In this document: piece by piece, positions 11,990-21,954 of the stretch
Layout: every line of letters starts with the position of its first letter
How positions within the stretch are numbered: the stretch's first letter is position 1
Source: Pseudomonadota bacterium
Lineage (GTDB): Bacteria > Pseudomonadota > Gammaproteobacteria > Pseudomonadales > Azotimanducaceae
Assembly (NCBI GenBank): GCA_027624035.1
Contig: JAQBUI010000009.1
Span: 26,614-90,613 of the forward strand
Reading direction: 5' to 3'
DNA length: 64,000 bases
Made by a program: the position numbers and the translations under genes
Notes under the pieces: generated by a model
What the model saw: only the letters and a program-made list of their open reading frames with translations
Databases searched by the model: none
What the model was told of the DNA's origin: nothing

Positions 11990-13894
11990 ATGAACGCCAC
12001 CAGCCAAAAGGAAACAATGGGTTTTCAGTCCGAAGCCAAACAGCTTCTTCACCTGATGATTCATTCGCTCTATTCCAACAAGGAGATCTTCCTTCGGGAA
12101 CTCATCTCCAATGCCGCTGATGCGATCGACAAGCTGCGGTTTACGGCTCTGTCCCATCCGGAACTGATTGAGGATGACGCTGACTATTCGATTCGAATCG
12201 ATATTGATGACAAGGCGCGCACGGTGTCGATCACGGACAACGGTATCGGCATGAGTCGGGAAAGCGCGATTGAGCACCTGGGTACCATTGCCAAATCGGG
12301 CACCGCAGACTTCCTCAAGAACCTGACGGGAGATCAATACAAGGACGCACAGCTCATCGGGCAGTTCGGGGTGGGCTTTTACTCGTCGTTCATCGTGGCC
12401 GATCGGGTTGTCGTTGAGAGTCGTGCCGCAGATCTGCCGGCCGAACAGGCGGTGCGATGGTCATCGGTCGGCGATGCCGAGTTTGATGTTGAGACCATCA
12501 CCCGGCAGGCCCGGGGGACCACTGTGACGCTGCATCTTAAGGTGGAGGAAAAAGAGTTTGCCGATTCCTGGCGATTGCGCACCATCGTCAAGAAATACGC
12601 TGATCACGTTTCAGTTCCGGTGATCATGAAATCCGAGCCGATATCCGACGATGATCAGGACGCCGAGCCAGGCGATGAGGTCGTTAACACTGCCAAGGCG
12701 CTCTGGACCCGATCGAGAAGCGAAATAACGGACGATGAATACAAGGAATTCTACAAACACGTCGCTCATGATTTCACTGATCCGATGACCTGGTCCCATA
12801 ATCGTGTGGAAGGGAAACTCGACTACACCAGCCTCATCTATGTGCCCGCTCGTGCACCCTTTGACCTCTGGCAACGTGAGGCACCCAAGGGGCTCAAACT
12901 CTATGTTCAGCGGGTCTTCATCATGGATGAGGCCGAGCAGTTTCTGCCGCTGTATCTGCGCTTTGTCAAGGGTGTCATTGATTCCAACGATCTGTCTCTG
13001 AACGTGTCGAGGGAGATTCTTCAGAAGGACCCGGCCATCGAGTCGATGCGCTCGGCCCTGACCAAACGGGTTCTGGATACCCTGGAGAAGCTGGCGAGCA
13101 ACGAGCCGGAGAGCTATCAGAAATTCTGGGACGAGTTCGGTCAGGTGATGAAAGAGGGCCCGGCCGAGGATCACGCCAACAAGGAAAAGATTGCAGGTCT
13201 ATTGCGATTTGCGACCACGGCTTCTAATGGACGCGTTCAGAATCAATCCCTTTCGGACTATATCGGCAGAATGAAGGAGGGTCAGGACAAGATATTCTAT
13301 GTGGCGGCGGAGAACTACAACACCGCGGCCAACAGTCCTCATCTGGAGGTCTTCAAGAAGAAGGGCATCGAAGTGATTCTTCTGCACGATCGGATCGACG
13401 AGTGGCTGATGAGCCATCTGGCGGAGTTTGACGGTAAGTCTTTCCAGGATGTTGCACGGGGCAATCTCGACCTTGGGGACCTCGAGGATGAGGAAGAAAA
13501 AGCACAGCAGGAGAAAGTCGGTAAGGATTTCTCAAACCTGATCAAGAGGCTCTCGGACACCCTGGGTGATGACGTGGAGGAAGTGCGGGTGACCCACCGA
13601 TTGACTGATTCGCCCGCATGTCTGGTGATCAATGAAGATGACATGGGTGTACAGATGCGGCGAATTCTTGAGGCATCGGGTCAGAAACTGCCTGACGGTA
13701 ACAAGCGCATCTTCGAAATCAATCCCACGCATCCACTGGTGGCGAAGTTGAATGGGGAAACTGACGAGGGCCGGTTCAAAGATCTGGCCATGATTCTCTA
13801 CGATCAGGCGATGCTCGCCGAGGGCAGTCAACTGGATGAGCCGGCTTCGTTTGTGCATCGCCTGAACAAGCTGCTCATGGAAATGGCGCCCTAG
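11990..13894 (+). CDS. htpG: Molecular chaperone HtpG (Hsp90)
   Basis: [36 protein letters not shown] is the canonical Hsp90 N-terminal ATPase signature. The protein is 634 aa. Confidence 0.97.
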   Translation: MNATSQKETMGFQSEAKQLLHLMIHSLYSNKEIFLRELISNAADAIDKLRFTALSHPELIEDDADYSIRIDIDDKARTVSITDNGIGMSRESAIEHLGTIAKSGTADFLKNLTGDQYKDAQLIGQFGVGFYSSFIVADRVVVESRAADLPAEQAVRWSSVGDAEFDVETITRQARGTTVTLHLKVEEKEFADSWRLRTIVKKYADHVSVPVIMKSEPISDDDQDAEPGDEVVNTAKALWTRSRSEITDDEYKEFYKHVAHDFTDPMTWSHNRVEGKLDYTSLIYVPARAPFDLWQREAPKGLKLYVQRVFIMDEAEQFLPLYLRFVKGVIDSNDLSLNVSREILQKDPAIESMRSALTKRVLDTLEKLASNEPESYQKFWDEFGQVMKEGPAEDHANKEKIAGLLRFATTASNGRVQNQSLSDYIGRMKEGQDKIFYVAAENYNTAANSPHLEVFKKKGIEVILLHDRIDEWLMSHLAEFDGKSFQDVARGNLDLGDLEDEEEKAQQEKVGKDFSNLIKRLSDTLGDDVEEVRVTHRLTDSPACLVINEDDMGVQMRRILEASGQKLPDGNKRIFEINPTHPLVAKLNGETDEGRFKDLAMILYDQAMLAEGSQLDEPASFVHRLNKLLMEMAP

Positions 13895-13949
13895 ACTAGA
13901 GACTTCCGCTGGCGCTGGTCCACCGCGCCATCGGCGGTCACGTGTCTGC

Positions 13950-16610
13950 TCAGACAGTGTCTGGTGCTGGCGCCGGGGTGCCGGGCTTGTAGGCGCTGCC
14001 CGTCTGCTCACGACGGGCATTTTCCCGCAGGTTTCCAATCACTGATTCCAGGGCCCGGCTGAACAGCAGGCCGTCGCTGATGATTTTTACGGTGCGGTCC
14101 TTCAGCTCATGGGCAAGGCCCAGTTTGGTTTTCTCAACGACTTTTACGCCCTGCTGGTTGACGAAAATGAACTTGTCGATCGCCTTGATTTTGGCTGCAA
14201 GTTTGCCGCGAGTATTGATGCCGCCTTCCCCTGAGAACTCGACCCACATGCCGACACTCAGCGAATCCACCTGATGAAGGTAGTCGGCGAGCTCAGTCTC
14301 TTCCTGTTCCCTGGGCTGTTGTTTTGGCTTGTCTTTTGGCGCTTTAGGGGCTTTTGATGGCTCCTGCTGCCCCTGGCGCGTCTGGTCGTCCCGACTGGTG
14401 CCAGCCTTTTTGTCGCGCTCCGGGCCTGCAGGTTCGCCAGATTGAATGTCCTGCCCGGCTACGAAGTCACTTGAGGCGGCATCCGGCCGGATATCGGCAT
14501 TCGCGCCGGTCCCGCCCACGCGTTCCAGTTCGCGGTCTGTCGCGATTTGCTGGGCCAGTTCAAGGGGGGGAAGGGCCCCGTCATCATCGTGTTCGTCGCG
14601 ATCGTCCTGACTCTCATGGGCCTCTTGTTGTGCGTCCTGGTCCTCCGATTCCTCCTGCTCGTCTTGTTCGTCCTCGGGCTCCGGTTCCGGAAACGAGGCA
14701 TCCTGAACTTCCTGCAGTTGTGCAATCAGTTCATCAACTTCCGCCGGGCCGACCTGGGCGATTCGCAGCGCCTTGCGCAGGTTATTGAGCAATCTGGGGT
14801 TGATGGTTTCCAGTCGGTCCCGGTCACCTTCCTGCTCGTGTGCCTGGATGCTCCAGAGCAGGACATCGATGGTATTGATAGCCTGTTTCCATGCGTTGCT
14901 GCCGGGGCCCTCCTTGAGGACCAGCATGACCATGAACTTGTGGAACTGATTTTCCAGCAAACTCTTGACGAAGGGTTGCAGTTCGCGGCCCAGCAGTCGT
15001 TCTTCGACCTTCTGGGTCACCAGTTGATGGATGTCTTCGACACGGTCGTGGCGTTCCTTCGCCTTCATGATGCTCTGTTCCAGGCGCCGGGTCTTGGCCG
15101 CCTCTCGCGCAAGGAAGGAGCGGAAGTCCTTGATCAGGTCCTCGAAGAAAGAAACATCGCCGCTATACTCGATGAGTATCTTGTTGACCAGTTCCTGGAT
15201 CTTTTGATACAGGGGATCCTGGCTCAGTTTTTCGACCTCGGTCCAGCCGATGCCGGCGGCTGCGAATTCGTTGAGAATCGATCTTGCCGGATGGTCTTCC
15301 CGGTTGAAAAACTCCGTATCCGACAGTGCCACTTTGATGATGGTGACCTGGGTTCGACCGATCAGTTCCTTGATGGGGATGGGCACCGAATCGTCGTCCC
15401 AGATTGCTTCGTAGAGCAGCGTCACCAGATTGATGACGTCTGACGACTGCCGGTCCACCGCGTTTATCACGCCATCGCGCTGATCGGCCGTGAGGATTTC
15501 ACCCAGCGATGCCGAGATGTTGAGCCGCTCCACGTCTTCAAGCTTCTGTGCCGGGTTGGTTCCTTGCGGACTGTCCCGGTCCCGGACTTCAAGAGATTTT
15601 TGAATGGTCGTCAGAATCTCCATCAACTGGGCCTGATCGACCATCTGCACCTGCTGGTCGGCGTTCGGCTGAAATGGCTGCATGACAGAGCCACGGGCCT
15701 GGCCACCTGTACCGGCCTGAACCATGGAAGTTGGAACCATGTATTGCTGGTAGGCGCCACTGTCGGCCCCGACTGGCTGGACCCCCAGGGGTCCGACAGG
15801 CCCTGTGGCCCCGGGCTCACCGGCTGGCGCTGCTCCAGACCCGGTAGGCGTTCCCGGTACCGCCGGGGTCTTACTGCTGGCGGGTTCGTCCGTGTGCAGC
15901 AGGTTCTGCATCATCGAGAACAGTTCGGGTCGGTCCGCGTCATCGTCAATAGATTCCTCTTCGACCGTGCCGAATGCGCTCACCGGGTCTCGTCGACGTA
16001 TTCGCGCCGGCGTGCTGCTCCTGCGTTGACCTTCGATTCCGAGGTCAGGTATGACGTCGTGTTCGATGAGGATCTGATTCGCCTCGCGCACGACCTCATC
16101 CATACGTTTCAGGACGACCGAGTTGAAGGCCCGGTAGACGGCCAGACTGTTCTGGGCATCGAGCCCAATGGGCCGTAGGGCCTCCTGGAAACTGACTGCG
16201 ATTTGTTCAGGGTCAAGTGGATTGCTCGATTCGTCGATTCGCTTGCCCGGAAACAGCGAACTCAGCCGGGTGTTGAAGCTGATGAAAGTGGCAAGGTGCT
16301 GGTTGCGAGAGGCGTTGACCATTCCCTCCAGAGCGACCATTACGTCAAGTTCTTCCTCCTGGACCAGCGACAGCGTCTCAAAATCGAAGATAGTCGCCGG
16401 CTTTTGTGTTTCCTTTTCCAGCAGTTCATCGAAGTGATCATTCATATTCACGACAAATGACATCAGAACGTCGTCCTGACGCTGCGTTAGCGTACGGAAG
16501 GCGCCAATCTGATCCACAACCTGCCGCTCAACGCCGTTCAGGGCTTCCTGGAGCATGCCTTGCAGTCTCCTGATACTGGCCTTCTGAATCTTCTCAACGA
16601 TCTGGGACAC
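13950..16610 (-). CDS. Large DUF1631-family protein of unknown function, with long disordered acidic and Pro/Gly-rich inserts
   Basis: The 886-aa ORF has N-terminal and C-terminal blocks that resemble what I recall of DUF1631 proteins of Pseudomonas and Marinobacter. The C-terminal block is LSVGMWVEF..G....RGKLAAKI...DKFIFVNQQGVKVVE. The family assignment is from memory, not a search. The start is uncertain: GTG 16610 has no SD, while ATG 16556 has AGGAGA upstream. Confidence 0.65.
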   Translation of the reverse strand: MSQIVEKIQKASIRRLQGMLQEALNGVERQVVDQIGAFRTLTQRQDDVLMSFVVNMNDHFDELLEKETQKPATIFDFETLSLVQEEELDVMVALEGMVNASRNQHLATFISFNTRLSSLFPGKRIDESSNPLDPEQIAVSFQEALRPIGLDAQNSLAVYRAFNSVVLKRMDEVVREANQILIEHDVIPDLGIEGQRRSSTPARIRRRDPVSAFGTVEEESIDDDADRPELFSMMQNLLHTDEPASSKTPAVPGTPTGSGAAPAGEPGATGPVGPLGVQPVGADSGAYQQYMVPTSMVQAGTGGQARGSVMQPFQPNADQQVQMVDQAQLMEILTTIQKSLEVRDRDSPQGTNPAQKLEDVERLNISASLGEILTADQRDGVINAVDRQSSDVINLVTLLYEAIWDDDSVPIPIKELIGRTQVTIIKVALSDTEFFNREDHPARSILNEFAAAGIGWTEVEKLSQDPLYQKIQELVNKILIEYSGDVSFFEDLIKDFRSFLAREAAKTRRLEQSIMKAKERHDRVEDIHQLVTQKVEERLLGRELQPFVKSLLENQFHKFMVMLVLKEGPGSNAWKQAINTIDVLLWSIQAHEQEGDRDRLETINPRLLNNLRKALRIAQVGPAEVDELIAQLQEVQDASFPEPEPEDEQDEQEESEDQDAQQEAHESQDDRDEHDDDGALPPLELAQQIATDRELERVGGTGANADIRPDAASSDFVAGQDIQSGEPAGPERDKKAGTSRDDQTRQGQQEPSKAPKAPKDKPKQQPREQEETELADYLHQVDSLSVGMWVEFSGEGGINTRGKLAAKIKAIDKFIFVNQQGVKVVEKTKLGLAHELKDRTVKIISDGLLFSRALESVIGNLRENARREQTGSAYKPGTPAPAPDTV

Positions 16611-17056
16611 GTGTTGTCGACCGGTGCTAGAGCTACGGAAATCGGGAGCATTACCATACCTGTATTCACCTTCAAAGTATAGAAAAACTCCCTCATGGAC
16701 GGTGGCAGTTTGTCAGTAAATTACATATTCTTTAGCCACTTACAGGTGAGTATTCGTCTTTATTCGAGCTTTGACCAAAAATAGTCGGACTGGCAAGCAG
16801 GTGTTTGCAAGGTTGTCCGTGAAGCCGCCAGTGGTGGGCGCTCGAAATGCGGTGCACCGATCGATACTGCGTGGAACTGAATGTTGCTTTCATGGAAAGC
16901 TCACTCGCTATGAGGTATGACCGTAAGCACTTTCCGCACGACGACGGCGTGCCCAATACGGGTACGCTCAAGGCTGCTATGATGGGCACTGGTCGGCCTT
17001 CATGAAAGGCCCATGAGCCACTCTGGACAAACCATGGCGACTTGCAGTTGGAGATC

Positions 17057-17965
17057 ATGACACAAGACAATGACATGAAACTCATAATCGAACGAGACCC
17101 GAAGCGCTGGATAGGTTGTGCGGCGCTGATTTTGACTTGTGCACTGGCAGTGACCGACGGTGCAGTAGCTGCAGGCGCCGATCAGGAGATACCGCCGTAT
17201 CCCGGTGCCGAGCGCGTATCGGAACTACAGGACAACGCGCTTGAGTCCCGCAGACTGATTCTGGGTGCACTTGAAAAGGTAAACAACGTCATGGAGCCGG
17301 AACGGGTTGACTACGTCCGCGGCACGCACCATGCAGCGACGTGGCACCTTCCAGGTGAAACCAGAACCCAGCGGGTGGTGGACTACTATCGCCCCAGACT
17401 CGCCGCCATCGGCGACATTCTTTTCGAATGCAGTGGTCGTTCCTGTGGCAGCTCCAATTATTGGGCGAACAGTGTTTTCGGCAACTCGGTTCTGTATGGC
17501 CCCGAAGAACGCCAGCACTATATGCTTGCCCGGCTCCACGGTGGCGGCGGCTATGTGTCCATCTACGTCGCCATGAGAGGAACCCGGGAGATCTATGTTC
17601 ACTCGGTCTCCATTGGGTTGCCCGGGGCGAGTGCCACGATGCCGGTGGAATCTCCGGGCCGATTTGTTTTCGTTGCGGAGCAAAGCAGCGGAATCGTCAA
17701 GGCAGTTGCTGCCATGATGCAGGAAGATCCAGACATTGAAATTCTGCTGACTGTTCACCAGCCGTTGGGCAAGGGCCAGACCGTGGACAGCGCCATCAAA
17801 GCGTCCACGGCCCTTGGTGACGAATTGTTGAGGGCTCTTGTGGATTCCGGAATACCCCCCGATCAGGTGACGGTTAGGGGTCTGGGACCGCTGGCACCGG
17901 ACAGCAAATATTCGCCGCGCAGAATCGAGATCCTGATCCCGTCGCGCATGATCCGGGGCAACTAA
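17057..17965 (+). CDS. Secreted or periplasmic hypothetical protein (possibly DUF4892/OmpA-like family)
   Basis: Based on ORF 17042..17965. A signal-peptide-like segment KRWIGCAALILTCALAVTDGAVAAG is present, as is the conserved-looking motif FECSGRSCGSSNYWAN. The C-terminus weakly resembles an OmpA-like fold. The start could be 17042 (TTG), 17057 or 17075. Confidence 0.5.
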   Translation: MTQDNDMKLIIERDPKRWIGCAALILTCALAVTDGAVAAGADQEIPPYPGAERVSELQDNALESRRLILGALEKVNNVMEPERVDYVRGTHHAATWHLPGETRTQRVVDYYRPRLAAIGDILFECSGRSCGSSNYWANSVFGNSVLYGPEERQHYMLARLHGGGGYVSIYVAMRGTREIYVHSVSIGLPGASATMPVESPGRFVFVAEQSSGIVKAVAAMMQEDPDIEILLTVHQPLGKGQTVDSAIKASTALGDELLRALVDSGIPPDQVTVRGLGPLAPDSKYSPRRIEILIPSRMIRGN

Positions 17966-17967
17966 AT

Positions 17968-18011
17968 GGGGTCAGAGTCGAATTTACAAATGTAAATTCG
18001 ACTCTGACCCC
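17968..18011. repeat. Perfect 21+2+21 palindrome (REP-like element, copy 1), probably a bidirectional terminator
   Basis: The sequence is GGGGTCAGAGTCGAATTTACA-AA-TGTAAATTCGACTCTGACCCC. It fills essentially the whole gap between the convergent stop codons at 17965 and 18015. Confidence 0.9.
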
Positions 18012-18014
18012 AAT

Positions 18015-18563
18015 TCAGGTGTTCAGACTTAATAGCGACAGGAATTCGGTGCGGGTCCGTTGGTCCTCCCTGAATGAGCCCAGCATCACCGAGGTCTTCA
18101 TTTGTGAATTCTGTTTCTCGACGCCGCGCATCATCATGCACATATGCTTCGCCTCGATGATCACGGACACACCGGCGGCCTCGGTGACATCCCGGATGGC
18201 CTCGGCGATCTGCTTGGTCAGGTTCTCCTGTATCTGCAGGCGACGGGCGTACATGTCGACGATTCGGGCGATCTTGGACAGACCCAGTACTTTGCCCGTT
18301 GGTATGTAGGCGACGTGACATTTGCCGATGAAAGGCAGCAGATGGTGTTCGCACAGCGAGTACATTTCGATGTTCTCCACGATCACCATTTCACTGGTGT
18401 CGGATTCAAACAACGCATCGTTCACCACCTGCTCCAGGGTCTGACTGTAGCCTCGGGTCAGAAACTCCATCGCCTTGGCAGCGCGGGCTGGTGTATCACG
18501 CAGGCCCTGACGTGTCGGGTCTTCGCCAATCTGTTCGATAATACTCTTGAACTGTTCTTTCAT
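18015..18563 (-). CDS. folE: GTP cyclohydrolase I
   Basis: [34 protein letters not shown] and HMCMMMRGV motifs are present. The protein is 182 aa. Confidence 0.95.
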   Translation of the reverse strand: MKEQFKSIIEQIGEDPTRQGLRDTPARAAKAMEFLTRGYSQTLEQVVNDALFESDTSEMVIVENIEMYSLCEHHLLPFIGKCHVAYIPTGKVLGLSKIARIVDMYARRLQIQENLTKQIAEAIRDVTEAAGVSVIIEAKHMCMMMRGVEKQNSQMKTSVMLGSFREDQRTRTEFLSLLSLNT

Positions 18564-18697
18564 AGGGGCTGTCCAGGCAATGGAGGGTTGAAACGCGCTA
18601 CCCTAAGCCATTGTCCCGACCCGGTAAAGAGTCGCGTGGGGGGTCAGCGTATGTGGATGCCGTCAGGTATAATGCCGCGTCCAAGAAGGAGGTGGTA

Positions 18698-19786
18698 ATG
18701 CCAGGCAGCAGCATTGGAGAAATGTTCAGGGTGACGACTTTTGGTGAGAGTCACGGCCCGGCGCTGGGTTGCATTGTTGATGGCTGTCCGCCAGGACTTC
18801 CGATCACAGAGGCTGAACTGCAAAAGGATCTTGATCGCCGCAAACCGGGGACATCCCGATACACGACCCAGCGTCAAGAGAGCGATCGGGTCTCTATTCT
18901 GTCAGGCGTGTTTGAGGGGGTCACCACAGGCACGCCGATTGGTTTGCTGATCTGGAATGAGGACCAGAAGTCCAAGGACTATGGAGATATCAAGGACTTG
19001 TTTCGACCGGCACACGCGGACTATACCTATGAAAAGAAATACGGCATTCGCGACTACCGGGGCGGAGGCAGGGCTTCGGCCCGGGAGACCGCCATGCGTG
19101 TTGCAGCGGGCGCGATCGCCCGAAAGTACCTCGCGGTCCATCACGGCGTCGACATTCGCGGGTGTCTGACCCAGATGGGTGACATCCAGGTCGCTCAGAT
19201 GGACTGGAATGAGGTCTCACGCAATGCCTTCTTCTCGCCTGACCCGGATGTGGTGTCAGATATGGAGTCGCTGATCGACAGACTCCGTCGAGAGGGTGAT
19301 TCAGTGGGGGCACGCATCACCATCGTCGCCCAGGGCGTACCCGCTGGCCTTGGTGAGCCGGTGTTCGACAAACTCGATGCGAGTATCGCCCATGCCATGA
19401 TGGGGATCAACGCAGTTAAAGGCGTAGAAATCGGGGCCGGGTTTGCCAGCATCGCCCAACGGGGCACCGCACATCGGGATGAGATGACGCCAAATGGTTT
19501 TGAGTCCAACAATGCAGGTGGTGTTTTGGGTGGCATCTCCAGCGGCCAGGACATCGTGGTAAACATTGCCTTGAAGCCGACATCCAGCGTGACGACACCA
19601 GGCAGGACGATTGACCGCCATGGCCACCCGGCCGAGGTGATCACAAAGGGCCGTCACGACCCCTGTGTCGGCATCCGCGCGACGCCGATCGCAGAGGCGA
19701 TGCTGGCCCTGGTGCTGATGGACCACCTGTTGCGTCATCGTGGCCAGAATATGGATGTTCAGTCGACGGTTCCTGATCTGGCCTGA
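18698..19786 (+). CDS. aroC: Chorismate synthase
   Basis: [33 protein letters not shown]. The start is trimmed to ATG 18698, which has AAGGAGG 6 nt upstream. The ORF-track start at 18611 adds non-conserved residues. Confidence 0.95.
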   Translation: MPGSSIGEMFRVTTFGESHGPALGCIVDGCPPGLPITEAELQKDLDRRKPGTSRYTTQRQESDRVSILSGVFEGVTTGTPIGLLIWNEDQKSKDYGDIKDLFRPAHADYTYEKKYGIRDYRGGGRASARETAMRVAAGAIARKYLAVHHGVDIRGCLTQMGDIQVAQMDWNEVSRNAFFSPDPDVVSDMESLIDRLRREGDSVGARITIVAQGVPAGLGEPVFDKLDASIAHAMMGINAVKGVEIGAGFASIAQRGTAHRDEMTPNGFESNNAGGVLGGISSGQDIVVNIALKPTSSVTTPGRTIDRHGHPAEVITKGRHDPCVGIRATPIAEAMLALVLMDHLLRHRGQNMDVQSTVPDLA

Positions 19787-19798
19787 CCTCGGTGCTGT

Positions 19799-20698
19799 TT
19801 AACGGTCGGTACCTAACTCGCCGGAAGCGTCGGGTTCCTGTCGCAGCAGGTCGACAAAGGCTTGTCCAGCGTTCGAGAGGGTACGTTGTTCGTGGTAGAT
19901 GACGCCGAGCGTTCGGGTGATGCTGGCATCTGATACTGAGAGAATACAGGTTGATCGATCCGCCATGGATCGGGGCAGCACGCTCCAACCGAGGCCAACA
20001 CGGACCAGCATTCTGATGGTTTCCAGATAGTTGGTGGACATCAGGGTCTGCAGTGGTGTCTGTCGACGCTGAAACAATTCCGTGACGATGCGACCGGTAA
20101 AGGTACTGTCGTCAGGTAATACGGCGGGATAATGCGACAGATCCGTCATGGTGACCTGGTCGAATTCAGACAATGGATGGTCCGGAGCACACATGAATGC
20201 CAGTGGGTCATCCCACACCGGCAGTGACACCACCCGAGAGCGCTGTCCCGGCGCGAGGGTCACCACTGCAAACTCCAGTTCACCGCGCAGGACCTCCGTG
20301 TAGGCGACATCCGAGTCCATGAAGTGCAGATCGAGCGAAACCTCGGGAAAGTTCTGGGAATATCTCTTCAGGACGGGCGGCAGTCGCCACAGGCCGATAT
20401 GGTGGCTGGTCGCGAGCGACAGACGGCCGGTCACTGACCCGATCATATTTTTCATGGCCCGTCGGGTGTCCGAGACTTCCCGCAGAATCGAGAGCGCCCG
20501 CGGATACAGTTCTCGCCCGGCGGGGGTGAGCGCGACCTGCCGGCCAACCCGATCAAACAACCGGCATTGCAGCCCGTCTTCGAGCAGCGCGATCCGTTTG
20601 CTGACTGCGGGTTGAGACAGGTGTAGCTGCTGGGCAGCGGCAGAGAACGAATTGGTGTCATGAACTGCCAGAAAGGCGGTGAGTGCATCAATATCCAT
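19799..20698 (-). CDS. LysR-family transcriptional regulator
   Basis: It has the N-terminal wHTH FSAAAQQLHLSQPAVSKRIALLE and is 299 aa. It is divergent from asd. Confidence 0.9.
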   Translation of the reverse strand: MDIDALTAFLAVHDTNSFSAAAQQLHLSQPAVSKRIALLEDGLQCRLFDRVGRQVALTPAGRELYPRALSILREVSDTRRAMKNMIGSVTGRLSLATSHHIGLWRLPPVLKRYSQNFPEVSLDLHFMDSDVAYTEVLRGELEFAVVTLAPGQRSRVVSLPVWDDPLAFMCAPDHPLSEFDQVTMTDLSHYPAVLPDDSTFTGRIVTELFQRRQTPLQTLMSTNYLETIRMLVRVGLGWSVLPRSMADRSTCILSVSDASITRTLGVIYHEQRTLSNAGQAFVDLLRQEPDASGELGTDR

Positions 20699-20815
20699 CG
20701 GTGTTCGCTCTCATGTGTATTCCTAAACGTTATCAGTTTAATAAAAAATATAAATTTGTTTAATCCGGTTCCTCACCCTAGTATGTGCGCCAAATCAAAC
20801 GCCAGGAGACAGTGC

Positions 20816-21838
20816 GTGGATCGGTATAATGTAGCGATTGTGGGTGCCACCGGTGCGGTTGGTGAGGCCATGCTCAGCATCCTTGAAGAGCGTGACTTCC
20901 CGGTAGGGGAATTGCATTTGCTTGCGAGCGAGCGTTCAGCCGGAACCCGTCTCAGTTTTCGAGGCAAGTCGTTGCGGGTCCAGGATCTCGCCACCTTTGA
21001 CTTCTCGGACACCCGGATCGGGCTGTTTTCCGCCGGGGGCAGCGTGTCGGCCAAATTTGCCCCCGTGGCCGCCGCGGCGGGGTGTGTCGTCATTGATAAC
21101 ACGTCTCACTTTCGACGCGACCCCGACATCCCGCTCGTGGTCCCCGAGGTGAATCCGGCCCGGGTCAGCGACTATTCCCGCCGGAATATCATTGCCAATC
21201 CGAACTGTTCTACGATTCAGATGCTGGTCGCATTGAAACCCATCTATGATGCGGTTGGCATTCGACGCATCAACGTATGCAGTTATCAGGCCGTGTCCGG
21301 CGCAGGCCGCCGTGGTGTAGAGGAACTCGCAGGGCAGACCGCCCGGTTGCTGAACGGCGTACCGATCGAGCCTCCGGCCACCTTTGCCAAGCAGATTGGT
21401 TTCAATGCGATTCCGCAGATCGGAGACTTCCAGGACAACGGATATACGATGGAAGAGATGAAAATGGTCTGGGAAACGCGAAAGATTTTCGAGGATGAAG
21501 GAATCGAAGTGAATCCCACGTGCGTCCGTATTCCCGTGTTCTATGGCCACTCGGAAGCGGTCCATATCGAGACAAAACGGCGTATTGAGGCGGCCGATGC
21601 ACTGAAACTACTGCGCGACGCGCCCGGTGTGCAGGTGATAGATGACCTGACGGTTCCGGCAGGTTATCCTACCGCGGTACCGGATTCTGCGGGAACTGAC
21701 CCTGTCTTTGTGGGTCGCGTTCGTAATGACCTGTATCTTGATTCCGGTCTCAACCTCTGGGTTGTATCGGACAACGTCCGCAAAGGGGCTGCCCTAAACA
21801 GTATACAAATTGCCGAAGTTTTGTTAAAACATCTGTAA
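20816..21838 (+). CDS. asd: Aspartate-semialdehyde dehydrogenase
   Basis: YNVAIVGATGAVGEAML, the active-site motif IANPNCSTIQM, and PVFYGHSEAV are present. The start is trimmed to GTG 20816, which has AGGAGA 7 nt upstream. ATG 20783 is an alternative. Confidence 0.92.
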   Translation: MDRYNVAIVGATGAVGEAMLSILEERDFPVGELHLLASERSAGTRLSFRGKSLRVQDLATFDFSDTRIGLFSAGGSVSAKFAPVAAAAGCVVIDNTSHFRRDPDIPLVVPEVNPARVSDYSRRNIIANPNCSTIQMLVALKPIYDAVGIRRINVCSYQAVSGAGRRGVEELAGQTARLLNGVPIEPPATFAKQIGFNAIPQIGDFQDNGYTMEEMKMVWETRKIFEDEGIEVNPTCVRIPVFYGHSEAVHIETKRRIEAADALKLLRDAPGVQVIDDLTVPAGYPTAVPDSAGTDPVFVGRVRNDLYLDSGLNLWVVSDNVRKGAALNSIQIAEVLLKHL

Positions 21839-21954
21839 TAAGCGATACTTAGCGCAACTACCAGATATTAATTCTAGGTTAGATGGCCATAGTCCCGGGG
21901 TCGGACGTGATGGTCGTGCCTGAATCGCCGGGCGGAGTCACGAGAGGAAGAAAA

